Positions 40,584-52,285 of a stretch of 64,000 nt of DNA are shown piece by piece. Position 1 is the first letter of the stretch, and every line of letters starts with the position of its first letter. The DNA is from Octopus vulgaris. Its lineage: Eukaryota. The stretch spans positions 142,662,001 through 142,726,000 of the forward strand of contig OX597815.1 of assembly GCA_951406725.2 (NCBI GenBank). The letters run 5' to 3'. The notes below the pieces were generated by a model, which was not told the origin of the DNA, made no database searches, and worked only from the letters and a program-made list of their open reading frames with translations. Both the position numbers and the translations under genes were made by a program.

Positions 40584-40942
40584 AATTGACAGAATGAGAT
40601 CAAAAATCCAAGGCTGTAAACAGTTTTAGAACTAAAGAAAATGTCTTACAACTGTTTCCGGGATATTTTATATATCCCTTCATCATTATAGAAACTGGAG
40701 CTTAACCTTGGTCTGTCCCTAGCACTTACTTAGCGGTACACGACACCTATATATATGTATATATATATTCAATTGAAAACTCCACCAGAATGGACAAAAT
40801 CGCTAATATATGATATATGATATATGATGTATAAAAACATATAATATACAAATAAATATCTGTAAATATAAAACCATCCGAATTTCTGAGTACCTCATTT
40901 CTTCTAATATAAAATACCTGTACATCATCTCCAAACCTTCAA

Positions 40943-40974
<32 letters not shown>

Positions 40975-41640
40975 TCAAAGGACATACTAAGTATGTCTAC
41001 CGGCTTGAAGTAACAGTCAAAACACTTATTAAATCGCCAAAAATACAAAATGCAAATGTACGTAAACATTTATGAAAAAGGTTAAAGCACAAAACCCTTT
41101 TTTTAATCAAAGAAAATTAAAGTCACGATAAAAGTATTATCATAGTATCATGTATATATGTACACTTACATACACTCATAAACACGTATGCATTTAGAAA
41201 AAAAAACGGGGGGGGGGGATTAAGTAGATCAAGTATGTAAAAAATGGAATTCTTTGGTGTGGTAATTTTGCTATGAAATTGTTCTATAAAGCCCTGCTAA
41301 TGACAAAGCTACCTGCAAGAATGTCTACTTGCCAATATGGTCACGAACATATGTGTTTCACTATATGTGTACGGTCCTATGTTTTATGACTGTCGTGTAT
41401 AAGTGTATGTATTAATATATGTGTGTGTGTGTGTGTAGCTGGGCGCAATATAAGCCGTGTAGGCAAACTTTAGTTGCCCTTCTATGTATATGTATGTATA
41501 TGAGAGAGTGAGTGGGTGTTGTTGTTTGTATGTATATTTGTAATTAAACACTCCCTACTTAAACAGTGAATGACAAACTCTAAAATATTAGTTTGAAAAC
41601 CGCTTTTAAGAAACTCCTATAAGAATCATCTTTTGTGTGC

Positions 41641-41673
<33 letters not shown>

Positions 41674-41674
<1 letters not shown>

Positions 41675-42065
41675 TAGCAGTATCGCCCAGCGTTGCTCGG
41701 GTTTGTAAGGGAAATAACTATATAAGCATTTTTAGAGATGTAAATTATAATAGCCATCTCAATATGGCTAACCACAAAGGGGGTGTTACTGTAGCTTTTT
41801 ACGTTCTTAGATTTAATAATACATTTTTAGAGAGTTACTTCCCTTATATATCCCAAAAATGCATTAAAAATGGGAAAAAAATGATGGTATTTTTTTTTAA
41901 TCGTAGACTCATCGTAGACGCGCGCTAATACCCAGAAGGGCTCGATATGAATCACGACTATAAGATACCCACTTTTGGTTAAACTGCACCGCAAAATGTG
42001 TGAGTAGTTAGGAATGTAAATCGTAGGAGACACACACCACACAACCTCACTTTTATATATATAGA
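41674..42065 (-). mobile_element. Non-autonomous Helitron
   Basis: Minus strand A|TCTATATATATAAAAGTGAGGTTGTGTG...CCCGAGCAACGCTGGGCGATACTGCTAG|T: 5' TC, 3' hairpin + CTAG, A/T target. Confidence 0.85.
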
Positions 42066-42069
42066 TATA

Positions 42070-42322
42070 AGAATAGAAACAATCCCTATCATAGTAGGTG
42101 TATTAAGCATGATCAAAAATATTCAGACAAATACATAACAAAAACACCAGGACACATACAACATACAGAAAATTGCACTACTAGGCACTGCACACATCCT
42201 ACGCAAAACACTTTCAATATAGCAACCATCAGAGCATCACAACAAATCACAACACATACCCATGGCACACAGAGCTGCGCTCGGTAGTGAAGTGAATGCA
42301 CGCTATAAAAATAAAACTACTG
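42070..42322 (+). mobile_element. 3' end (RLE tail + 3'UTR) of an R4/Dong-type LINE, followed by AAG/AAC/AAT repeats
   Basis: ETIPIIVGVLSMIK...IQKIALLGTAHILRKTLSI*; trinucleotide tract at 42323-42452. Confidence 0.8.
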
Positions 42323-42396
42323 AATAATGATAATAAGAAGAAGAAAAGAAGAAGAAGAAGAACAACAACAACAGCAACAACAGCAACAACAACAAC

Positions 42397-42455
<59 letters not shown>

Positions 42456-43155
42456 TATTAATGATAGGGAATAAATTATTATTCCATCCTTACAGGTAAA
42501 ATTCAGTATAGTGATATCAGACCGAATTTCGCAATATATATTATATAATATATGTATAAACCTAATTTAGAGACGAATCACCATTCCAGAACTCAGTAAA
42601 TGAAGAACCCGTCAAAAACCATGCTGTGAGACATATAACATGCAAAATACTAATCTAAAATTTTTAATATATAATATATAATATTGAACAGTAAGATTAT
42701 TACAATCATATTATATATAAGAGCAAATACTTTTAAAATGACATTATATATATTTAAATGTAAGATCCAGGGATTGAGGTGTAGGAAGGGAGTTAGCTTC
42801 AAGCAATCGGTAGTAAATATAAAACAGCTTTCAGGGACAGTAGTTTTTTTATTGAGACAGGAGGTTGTGGATTTTTTTCGTATCGAAGTACTTTCTATAT
42901 TCCACGGTAGGCAACGAGGTTTGCTGAGTGTGCGAATTAGAATACAAGAGTAGATATGATCCGGGTTACATATGTTTCGTAGCGAGCGGAAGTTGTTACA
43001 TGCTCGAAATTCGAGACTTGAAAAACAGCCAACTGCTGAAGCGTCGTTCTTTATGTTTGTTTCTTTCGTTGTTCGAAGGAATAGTTCATGCTCCATGTAC
43101 TCGTGCTTCATATGTTTTTGTTGTACACGTTTCGTGGCGTCCTGTGCCCACATAT

Positions 43156-43189
<34 letters not shown>

Positions 43190-43305
43190 TATATATATAT
43201 ATATATATACGTATAGCTATATGTACATATACGTATGCATATATGCATATATATATATATATATATATATACGTATAGCTATATGTACATATACGTATGC
43301 ATATA

Positions 43306-43360
<55 letters not shown>

Positions 43361-43537
43361 TATATATATTACACATATATATGTGTGTGTGTGTTTATGA
43401 ATTCGTGTTGCAAGATTCCTAATGTGAAGCCGTGTGTTGAGATAGATATTGTTGTATTTCGGGATGATCACTTTTTTTTGTGTTTTTGCCAAATGAACAC
43501 AAGCACTATGTATTCGTTCTTCACTCGTTTATTACTG

Positions 43538-44641
43538 GGACCTAGTTAAACTGATTCACAAAATCTGAATTTTTTAAAAGGAATTTTAAAAATCTAAAAA
43601 TCGACTATAATTATGTAATTTTCCATTATTGTTGCTATGAAGGTATGATGTTGTGGACACAAAAATGGAGGTAAAATTTACAGAGGCTTAAAATCGGAAA
43701 AACTGTACATTATTAGCTAATAGCGAGACAGAAATTTTCTGTGTTTAGCGGAGTGGTGTCAACTTTAATGTTGCACCCTGTGAAATTTATAGTTTAGCGT
43801 CTGTGAAATGACTTGTTCATTGAAGGTTTCTAAATAAACAAAAATACCTAATTTCATTGTATGTGTCTAAATAAAGAGAAATGCCAAATAAAATAAAGTA
43901 TCATCTTACTGTTTCCTATGTCTCTTTATTGATGGTGTGTTTTTGTTATTTTTAAAATTTTGTTATATGAATATATTTGTGCATGTCTTTACTTTATGCG
44001 TATTTCAGTATTATGTATACCTGTCATGTATATATAAGTGCATATGTGTGTGTATGTGAAAGGGGGCATCTGACTCTAAAACTCCAAAGTTGAGTAAAGT
44101 TTTCATGCTTGCATTTGTAAACTAGGATAAGAATAACGCTGGTCGAAAATATGTAATATACTAATACATAGAAAAATTTTTTTTTTAAAAACATGCGAGT
44201 GAAATGAATCTCGTGGCTTAAAGAATCAACACAGTAAAAATATATGAAAAATATGTGAAATGAAAAATATGTAAAAAAAACACACAGAAAAATATGTAAT
44301 ATACTAACACAGAAAATTTGAAACAAAACACGCGGGTGAAAAATATATTGTGGTGTGAAGAATCAACACAGAACAACGTGCGGCACAGACACGGGTGAAT
44401 TGAAATACAACACAGCATGTGGTTGTCGTGGTAACAAACTATTAATGCCTCGCTTTCTGTTGATTGGCTAAAATTACCCAAATTTCCCAAATTTAATTCC
44501 AAATAACATCCGATTCTTTAATTTACGAGCTAAAGTAATTGATCGTAATCAAAATTCAGGGTAGCATCGATACACCAAAATTTAAAGCAATCTGAGCAAA
44601 ATTGAAGGGGGCTCAATTTGTGAATGAAACTAACTAGATCC
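43538..44641. mobile_element. Non-autonomous DNA transposon, Merlin-like (GG termini, 8-bp TSD)
   Basis: TIRs GGACCTAGTTAAACTGATTCACAAAAT / GGATCTAGTTAGTTTCATTCACAAATT (21/27); perfect TSD TATTACTG at 43530-43537 and 44642-44649. Confidence 0.78.
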
Positions 44642-45004
44642 TATTACTGTTCTCATTCTAACTCATGCTCATTGCCCGGAAATCTTTCCTCACATATCTG
44701 CGAGATCCTGAGTGATACTTCCCGTCTTCATGTGTACTCTTGTTCTGCTTATAAGTAAAGCAAGAGCATACGAGATGACGGTAAATGTTTTCTGAGGAGA
44801 TCACAGATGTGTGTGTGTGACGGAAGATTTCTGGACATTGGACATGATTTAGAATGAGAACAGTAATAAACGAGTGAAGAACGAATATACAGTTCGTGCG
44901 TTCATTTGGTAAAAGCAAAAAAAAAAAATAATAACCATCTCGAAATGCAACAATACATATATATATATATATGTATGTGTGTGTGTTGTTTTATTGTTCC
45001 ACAC

Positions 45005-45210
45005 ATTTCAGTCATTTGCCTGGGCCATGTTAGAGCATCTTCTGAAAGGGTTCTAGTCGAAGAAATCATCACCACGACTTATTTTTTATAAGCCTAGTAC
45101 TTATTCTGTCGGTTACTTTTGCCAAAACATCTAGGTTACGTTGAGATAGACACACCACCATTGGTGGTCATGCGATGGTGTGCGGACAAACACAGCCATA
45201 AAGATACACA
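45005..45210 (-). mobile_element. Degraded 3' half of CORE-type SINE
   Basis: TTTCAGTCATTTG..GGCCATGTTAGAGCA..AAGCCTAGTACTTATTCT; homologous to 20695-20900. Confidence 0.7.
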
Positions 45211-45249
45211 CACATGAATATATATGCACACACACATATACATACATAC

Positions 45250-45280
<31 letters not shown>

Positions 45281-45366
45281 TATATGTATACACATATATA
45301 TATATATATACATACATATATATATATACATAGATATATATATACATACCTGGCCAGATCCTAGCA

Positions 45367-47280
45367 GTGGATCTTTTCGCGGGCGCTTGTCAGCGTGCAT
45401 TGGAGCGGTTCAACTTCTCCAGGCGCCAACGCCGCCTCAACATCTCCCCGGCTGAGCTCTTGGCTCTTCGTTCCCTCCAACGGCGCGCTGACATTATCAT
45501 CAAACCGGCTGACAAGGGTGGAGCTGTAGTGGTGTGGCGCGCGGACCTCTATAGGGCCGAGGCTTTCCGCCAACTCAATGACACCTCCTTCTATTCCCCT
45601 CTGCCCTCTAACCCCACACGTAGCTACCAACAGACGGTATCCTCTACTGTCCAAGACCTCATCTCGTCCTCCCGTCTCCCCCGCACCGCATCCAACCTAA
45701 TTGTGCGAACCCCACGTATCCCCACCATTTACTTCCTCCCCAAAATCCACAAACCCAACAACCCTGGCCGCCCCATCGTCTCCGCCTGTAACTGCCCCAC
45801 GGAGCTCATCTCTAAATACCTCGACCGTGTCCTTGCCCCCTAGTGGCATCTCTTCCCTCCCACATCCACGATACCAACCATGCTCTCCGGCTTTTCAACT
45901 CTTTCTCCTTTCCTCCCGGCTCCTCCAAAATCCTTTTTACTATGGACATCCAAAGCCTCTATACTGTTATCCCTCACCACGAAGGACTGCAGGCCCTTCG
46001 ACACTTTCTTGACCTCCGCTCTAACCCTGTACCTGACACCTCCACACTCATTCGTCTGGCCGAACTTGTCCTTACTCTGAACTGCTTCTCGTTCGCGGGC
46101 GAGTTCTACCATCAGGTCTCGGGAGTGGCCATGGGAACGCGAATGGGCCCCAACTATGCGAACCTGTTCGTTGGCTATGTTGAGGCCCAAATATTCTCTA
46201 ATTTCACTGGTCCCACTCCTGAACTATATGGTCGTTACATTGACGACATTATCGGTGCCACCTCACTCTCCCGTGAACATCTAGATTCCTTCCTCTCTTT
46301 CGTCTAATCTTTCCATCCAGCCCTCCACTTCACTTCCACTATCTCCAACACCTCTGTCTCCTTCCTCGACATTTCGGTTAGCATTCTTCAGTCCACTATT
46401 ACCACCTCCATTCACTACAAACACACAGACTCACACTCATACCACAACTTCTCTTCCTCCCACCCAGAACACACCAAGCTTTCCATCCCCTATTCCCAAT
46501 TCCTCCGTCTACGTAGGCTCTGTAGTGACGACCATGACTTTGAGACTCAGTCTCAACCTATGGCTCACTACTTCACCCTACGTGGATACCCTCTCACCAC
46601 TATCCACACCGCCCTTGCCAGAGCACGGTCCGTGGACCGTGTATCTGCTCTCTCTCCCCGAACCCGCCCTGTAGTCTCCCGCCTCCCTTTTCCCCTCACT
46701 TACCACCCCACGACCCTACGTCTCCAACGCACCATTCTTCGAGCTTTCCGTCATCTCCAGTCCGACCCGTCCACTTCACACCTCTTCCCTAACCGACCCC
46801 TCCCCTCTTTCATACGAGCCCACAACCTTCGAGACCTTTTGGTCCATAGCTCCTTCCCTGACCCTACCTCCCAACCCGGCTCGTTCCCCTGCTCCCGCCC
46901 ACGTTGCCGCACTTGCCCTTACCTCTCCAACACCACCCGCCTCACTAGCACCCACCATCGACCCTATCCCATCATCCACTCCTTCACCTGCACCTCCAGC
47001 AATATTATCTATTGCGTCTCTTGCTCTCTCTGCAATTCCTTGTACATCGGACAAACGGGACGCCGCTTGGCTGACCGGTTCGCGGAACACCTTCGTGACA
47101 TCCACCTTGCGAACGACACACCGGTCTCACGCCATTTCCGCTCCACCGGTCACTCCTTGCAACACCTATCTGTGTTCGGTTTGTCCTTACACAGAGGCCA
47201 TCCGGATTCCCGTTTGCGCCGTGTAGAGGAATTAATCTTCTCTCTTCGCTCTTATACGCCATTTGGTCTCAACTCTCTCC
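45367..47280 (+). pseudogene. Penelope RT + GIY-YIG endonuclease ORF with one frameshift (~45840) and one in-frame stop (46305)
   Basis: ORFs 45367-45843, 45843-46307 and 46560-47576; TAA at 46305 is in frame with the ATG at 46560. Confidence 0.9.
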
Positions 47281-47978
47281 CCCCTCCTCATCTAACCCCC
47301 TCCTCACCTATCCTTTCCCCCGACCCCTACTTCTTCAGTCCTTCATCCTTTCACCCCTACTCCTCTTCCCTTCTTCCCTTTTTCTCCCTCCCTCCTTCCC
47401 TCTTCCCTCTGCTCCCTCACTCCCCTTCTCTCTCCCCCTCCCCCTCTTTCCTCCTTCACCCCTCCTTCTCCCCCTCATCTCTCTCCCCCCTCCTCTCCTC
47501 CCCCTCTCCTTCCCCTCCCCCTCCCCCCTCTTCTCCTCACTACACCACACGACTTTACACATCACATCATATATGATGTGCCATACTAATACATACACCA
47601 ACTAATACATACTAATACGTACTAATACATACTAATACATACTAATACATACACCAACCCTATACATACACACGTCCAGACCCCTCATACGCACTTATAA
47701 TCTCTCATACACACACACACACACTTATACATACTAATACGTACTAATACATACTAATACATACTAATACATACACCAACCCCATACATACGCCTGTCCA
47801 GACCTATCCTAGGGTCATTCAACCCTATTATCAACCCTATTATCTCCCCTTATTTCGCTCTCGCGTCTCATGTTTGATCTTTGACCTCTGGCCGAAATCA
47901 GATCGCCATGTTAATTCGTTAGTTACTGCACGCATTTTTTTTCTCTCCTTCGTTCTGTGTTTTTTTTCTCTCTGTGTA

Positions 47979-48016
47979 TCTTTCTGTTGAAGAGCGTAGG
48001 CTCGAAACGTTAAAGA
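47979..48016 (+). ncRNA. Minimal hammerhead-ribozyme-like motif in the Penelope pLTR (variant core)
   Basis: TCTTT (stem I) CTGTTGA A GAGC-GTAG-GCTC (stem II) GAAAC GTT AAAGA (stem I'); palindromic ACGT stem III typical of PLE minimal HHRs. Confidence 0.6.
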
Positions 48017-48156
48017 CTTGTTTTATTTATATTTCCTGAGCGCCATACTAATACAATTGTTTGTTTGTTTTCCACCTGCCTTCGTCTTTTGTCTATTTTC
48101 ATAAAGCTTCCCGTTATATATATATATATACATACATATATATATACACATACATG

Positions 48157-48216
<60 letters not shown>

Positions 48217-48924
48217 CAGCATACAAGGAACATCTGCAGCTGACTGAGAAAGTTGGTTTCCAAGACGTCTTAGTGGTTTCACGCTATTTAAAAGCAAGAC
48301 CAGTGCTGTTTAACGGGACCACCAGAGCATGAAGTTGCAGGAAAAAGCTGACAAATGTGTGCGAGGACAGGACAAAATAACACTGCGTGTACAATCTCCT
48401 AGTATAATAATGAGTGTAGTGTTTCCCTATATATATATATATATGTCCATAATCACGCCATAAATCAGTAAAGGAGAAGTAGTGAGAATAATAGCACTGA
48501 CTAAGAGGGAGTGTAGGAAAATAATCGCAATGCCAGAAAAGAAGGCGTGATAGATGAAAAAGGAAGGAAGCGGTGAAAACATGTGTGAGCATGTGTGTAT
48601 ATGTGTGCGCGTGTACAAGGGAAGTACGCGAGTGTTTGTATGTGTGATTATTATGTACCTTATTTTGTACTTTATTTATATTTAAAATGCTACAATTAGC
48701 CGTCATTATTGGCAATACGTGGTCCACTACTAACAAATAATGAAAAGATATAACAGACAAGGAAAGATACATACACAAAAGAAAATGTTTTACGGCTATA
48801 CAATAAGCAAAAGAAATAATTATACGTACACAGCACTAAAACAATACAATACAAACAGAAAAAAGCCGTTTCGGCTATCAAGAAAGACATGGTGAGGTAG
48901 CGCAAAGAAATGGAAAATATCCTC

Positions 48925-49075
48925 GACACGACGAGCTTCTTTCAATTTCCGTCTACCAAATCACAAAGCTTTAGCCGGCAAGAGGAAACACTTGCCCAAG
49001 GTGCCGCGCAGTGGGACAGAACCCCGAATCATGTGGCTGAGAAACAAGCTTCTTCACACACAACCTCGCCTGCAT
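48925..49075 (-). mobile_element. Partial CORE-type SINE (5' part)
   Basis: GAGCTTCTTTCAATTTCCGTCTACCAAAT..CACTTGCCCAAGGTGCCGCGCAGTGGGAC. Confidence 0.75.
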
Positions 49076-49212
49076 AGAAGTATGCATGTGGGATCATAAA
49101 AAAGAATAGCTGCATATGTGCATTTCAACCATGCCTGTAGTTCCGTCAGTAACTGTGAATCCATTGCATTTCCAACGTAATACATTTGTCGTAACATACC
49201 GTGCTGACTAAT

Positions 49213-49824
49213 CTTTTCTACTCTAGGCACAAGGCCCGAAATTTTGAGGGAGGGGACCAGTTGATTACATCGACCCCTGTAAGCAACTGGTACTTAATTT
49301 ATCAACGCCGAAAAGCAAAATCGACCACAGCGGAATTTGAACTTAGAATGTAAACACAGACGAAATACCTATTTCTTTACTATCCACAAAGGGCTAAACA
49401 CAGAGGCGACAAACAAGGACAGACGAACGGATTAAGTCGATTACATCGACCCCAGTGTGTAACTGGTACTTATTTTAATCGATCCCGAAAGGATAAAAGG
49501 CAAAGCCGACCTCGGCGGAATTTGAACTCAGAACGCAGCGGCAGACGAAATAACGCTAAGCATTTCGCCCGGCGAGCTAATGTTTCTTATTTCTTTATTC
49601 CCCACAGGGGGCTAAACATAGAGGGGAGAAACAAGGACAGACAACGGGATTAAGTCGATTACATCGACCCCAGTGCGTAACTGGTACTTAATTTATCGAC
49701 CTCGAAATGATGAAAGGCAAAGTGGACCTAAGTACAATTTGAACATAGAACGTAAAGACAGACAAAATACCGCTAAGAATTTTGCCCGGCGTGGTAACGT
49801 TTCTCCCAGCTGGCCACCTTCACT
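49213..49824 (-). mobile_element. Multimeric Nin/Deu-like SINE inserted as one unit with a 12-bp TSD
   Basis: Repeated units GATTACATCGACCCC..AACTGGTACTT..AATTTGAAC..AGACGAAATA; TSD GTGCTGACTAAT at 49201-49212 and 49825-49836. Confidence 0.88.
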
Positions 49825-49849
49825 GTGCTGACTAATGGTATATAGATAT

Positions 49850-50081
49850 GGCGGTGAGCTGGCAGGATCGTTAGCACATCGGGCGAAATGCGTAGCCGTA
49901 TTTCGTCTGTCGTTACGTTGTTAGTTCAAATTCCGTCGAGGTCTACTTTGCCTTTCATCCTTTCGGGAATCGATAAATTAAGTACCAGTTACGCACCGGG
50001 GACGATGTAATCGACTTAATACCTATGTCTGTCTGTGTTTGTCCCCTCTATGTTTAGCCCGTTGTGGGTAATAAAGAAATA
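49850..50081 (+). mobile_element. Monomeric Nin/Deu-like SINE with 13-bp TSD
   Basis: GGCGGTGAGCTGGCAGGATCGTTAGC head; TSD GGTATATAGATAT at 49837-49849 and 50082-50094. Confidence 0.9.
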
Positions 50082-50102
50082 GGTATATAGATATTTTATA
50101 TA

Positions 50103-51733
50103 CAGTTGCGGCCAAAATGTTCAGAACGGCATTGTTTTCGTCAGAAAAGTAGGTACAATTTTTTATCAAAGTTGTTTTATATTCTATAATTTTCACAGAC
50201 AATAAATACAATATTATTCGTTGTTGTCTGAGATTCTAGTGTAATTTGAGAGGATAATACAAAAGTTATGGATGATTTAGTAATTTACTGCAAAACCCAT
50301 GCCGGCCAAAATGATCAGAACGGTTGAAAAAATAACAAAATAATAAAAAATGACAGAGAATACTGGAATTATTTAATATTTAGCGTGAAGCCCTTTAGCT
50401 TCAATCACACTTTGATATCTTCGTCTGTATGAGGAAACTAAATTTTCAATTTCTTGCTGGGTGATCTTATTCAATTTTCTTCCTGATGGGCATTCCATAA
50501 TTGCTCGGTTGTTTCAGGATTTCTGGCTTTCGAACGTTCTTCTAGAATATTCCACACATTTTCAATAGGATTGAGATCTGGGCTTTGAGCAGGCCAATCC
50601 ATAACAATAACCTTTTCAGCCTTCAGGAAGTTCATGGCCACTTTAGCCTTGTGACATGGGGCATTGTCCTGCATGAATATGGGTGGTCGCTTAGTTGAAT
50701 TTCTCAGCACAGGCAATACATGATCTTTTACAAGTTGTTTATAAACTCCTGCATTTTACTTTCCATGTAATCGCACCAAAGGGCCCACACCATCTCCGGA
50801 TATCATCCCCCAAACCATGACGCTTCCGCCACCAAATTTAACACTAGTCTTAAGGCATTTAGCCGACAATTTTTCACCTACTTTTCGACAAACCTACCTT
50901 TTCCCATCTGAGCCAAATAACATAAACTTAGATTCATCACTGAAATGCACCGTTTGCCATTTTTCTTGAGACCACAACACATGTTCGGTTGCAAAGGTAA
51001 GACGACACTTTTTATTCTTGGAGCTGATCAGTGGCTTCACTGCAGGTGCTCTTGCTTGTTGGTCATGTTCAACTAAACGACGAGACACAGTTTTTCGAGA
51101 TAAAGTTTTCTTCAGTACAATGCTCATTTCCCGAGAAACAGCAGCAGCAGTTTTAAATCTGTCCTTTTTAACCAACTTTACCATAGCACGATCTTCTCTC
51201 TTGGTCGTTTTTCTTGGCCTACCTGTAGACTTTCTTGCTTCACACGAACCACAATCATCGTAGACCTTAAGAATACCATGAAAAACACTTTTTGACTTGT
51301 TAACAATCTTTGCAATAGACCCAATACTTAAATTATCCTTCTTTCGAAGCTTAATAATCTGTAGACGAATTGGTAACGGAGTAAGTGGCATTATATAAAC
51401 AAAGTACACTGCAGATATTCTTACTAATGTTTAGTAAAGGAACCCTCAAGTAAACAAATTCAAAACATTAGAGTTCGCCGGTTCAATATACTAAAACACG
51501 GAGTAAAAGCAACCGTTCTGATCATTTTGGCCGCCATGGGTTTTGCAGTAAATCACTAAATCATCCATGACTTTTGTATTATCCTCTCAAATTACACCAA
51601 AATCTCAGACAATAACAAATAATATTGTATTTATTGTCTATGAAAATTATAGAATATGAAACAAATTTGACAAAAAATTATACCTACTTTTCTGGCGAAA
51701 ACAATGCCGTTCTGAACATTTTGGCAGCAACTG
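50103..51733 (-). mobile_element. Full-length Tc1-family (DD34E) transposon with ~220-bp TIRs and TA TSD
   Basis: TA|CAGTTGCGGCCAAAATGTTCAGAACGG ... CCGTTCTGAACATTTTGGCAGCAACTG|TA; TIRs about 50103-50326 and 51511-51733. Confidence 0.95.
50373..51391 (-). pseudogene. Tc1 transposase, disrupted (stop at 50894-50896, frameshifts near 50755 and 50475)
   Basis: GRPRKTT, HFSDESKF, GGGSVMVWG, QDNAPCH-(34 aa spacing)-WPAQSPDLNPIE, ends AKGLHAKY*. Confidence 0.9.
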
Positions 51734-52146
51734 TAGCACTTTACATAGCAATTAGACAAAACGCTGCTATTCCACAAGTACTTCATTTAACCTTCGTGCT
51801 ACAAATAAAATTTCCTTTAGCCACTAACTGTCGCGGGGTTTATAAGTGGTTTCGCGATTAGTTAGGGAACATGTACAACTGTTCGCGAATCTCCATGCAG
51901 AACTGAAGTGTATACAGCATGCAATATTTACATTCGTCGTAACGTAAAATGCTGACTAAAAATCTGTAGGTTAGTTGTATAATGTAATGTATGGCCTATA
52001 TAAATGGATATCCGCTTTGTTCAGCAGATGTTAACATAATTTTAACAACAAAAGAAAAAGACGGTGCGACAAGATTATGATATATATTACGCTATTTTGT
52101 TACATCCATCACAACACTCCATCACATGCATGTATGTGTGTTCGCG

Positions 52147-52285
<139 letters not shown>

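Larger units (their letters stand above)
45348..48114 (+). mobile_element. Penelope-like element (Neptune-like), 5'-truncated, with 3' pLTR
   Basis: IKPADKGGAVVVW, LPKIHK..PGRPIVS, MDIQSLYT, GVAMGTRMGPNYANLF, RYIDD, Cys linker CSRPRCRTC, GIY-YIG (NIIYC..LYIGQTGRRLADRFAEH), GLN; (TA)n on both sides. Confidence 0.93.

Noticed and set aside
42650-43183. 177-aa minus-strand ORF
   Set aside because: Starts in a (TG)n tract; only vague similarity to a Penelope C-terminus; unsupported as a gene.
43207-43312. Duplicated 62-bp unit within a TA tract (similar case at 56154-56240)
   Set aside because: Simple slippage duplication in a microsatellite; only two units, not a CRISPR or functional array.
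47280-47576. Pro/Ser-rich C-terminal extension of the GIY-YIG ORF
   Set aside because: Read-through into a C/T low-complexity tract after the GLN motif.
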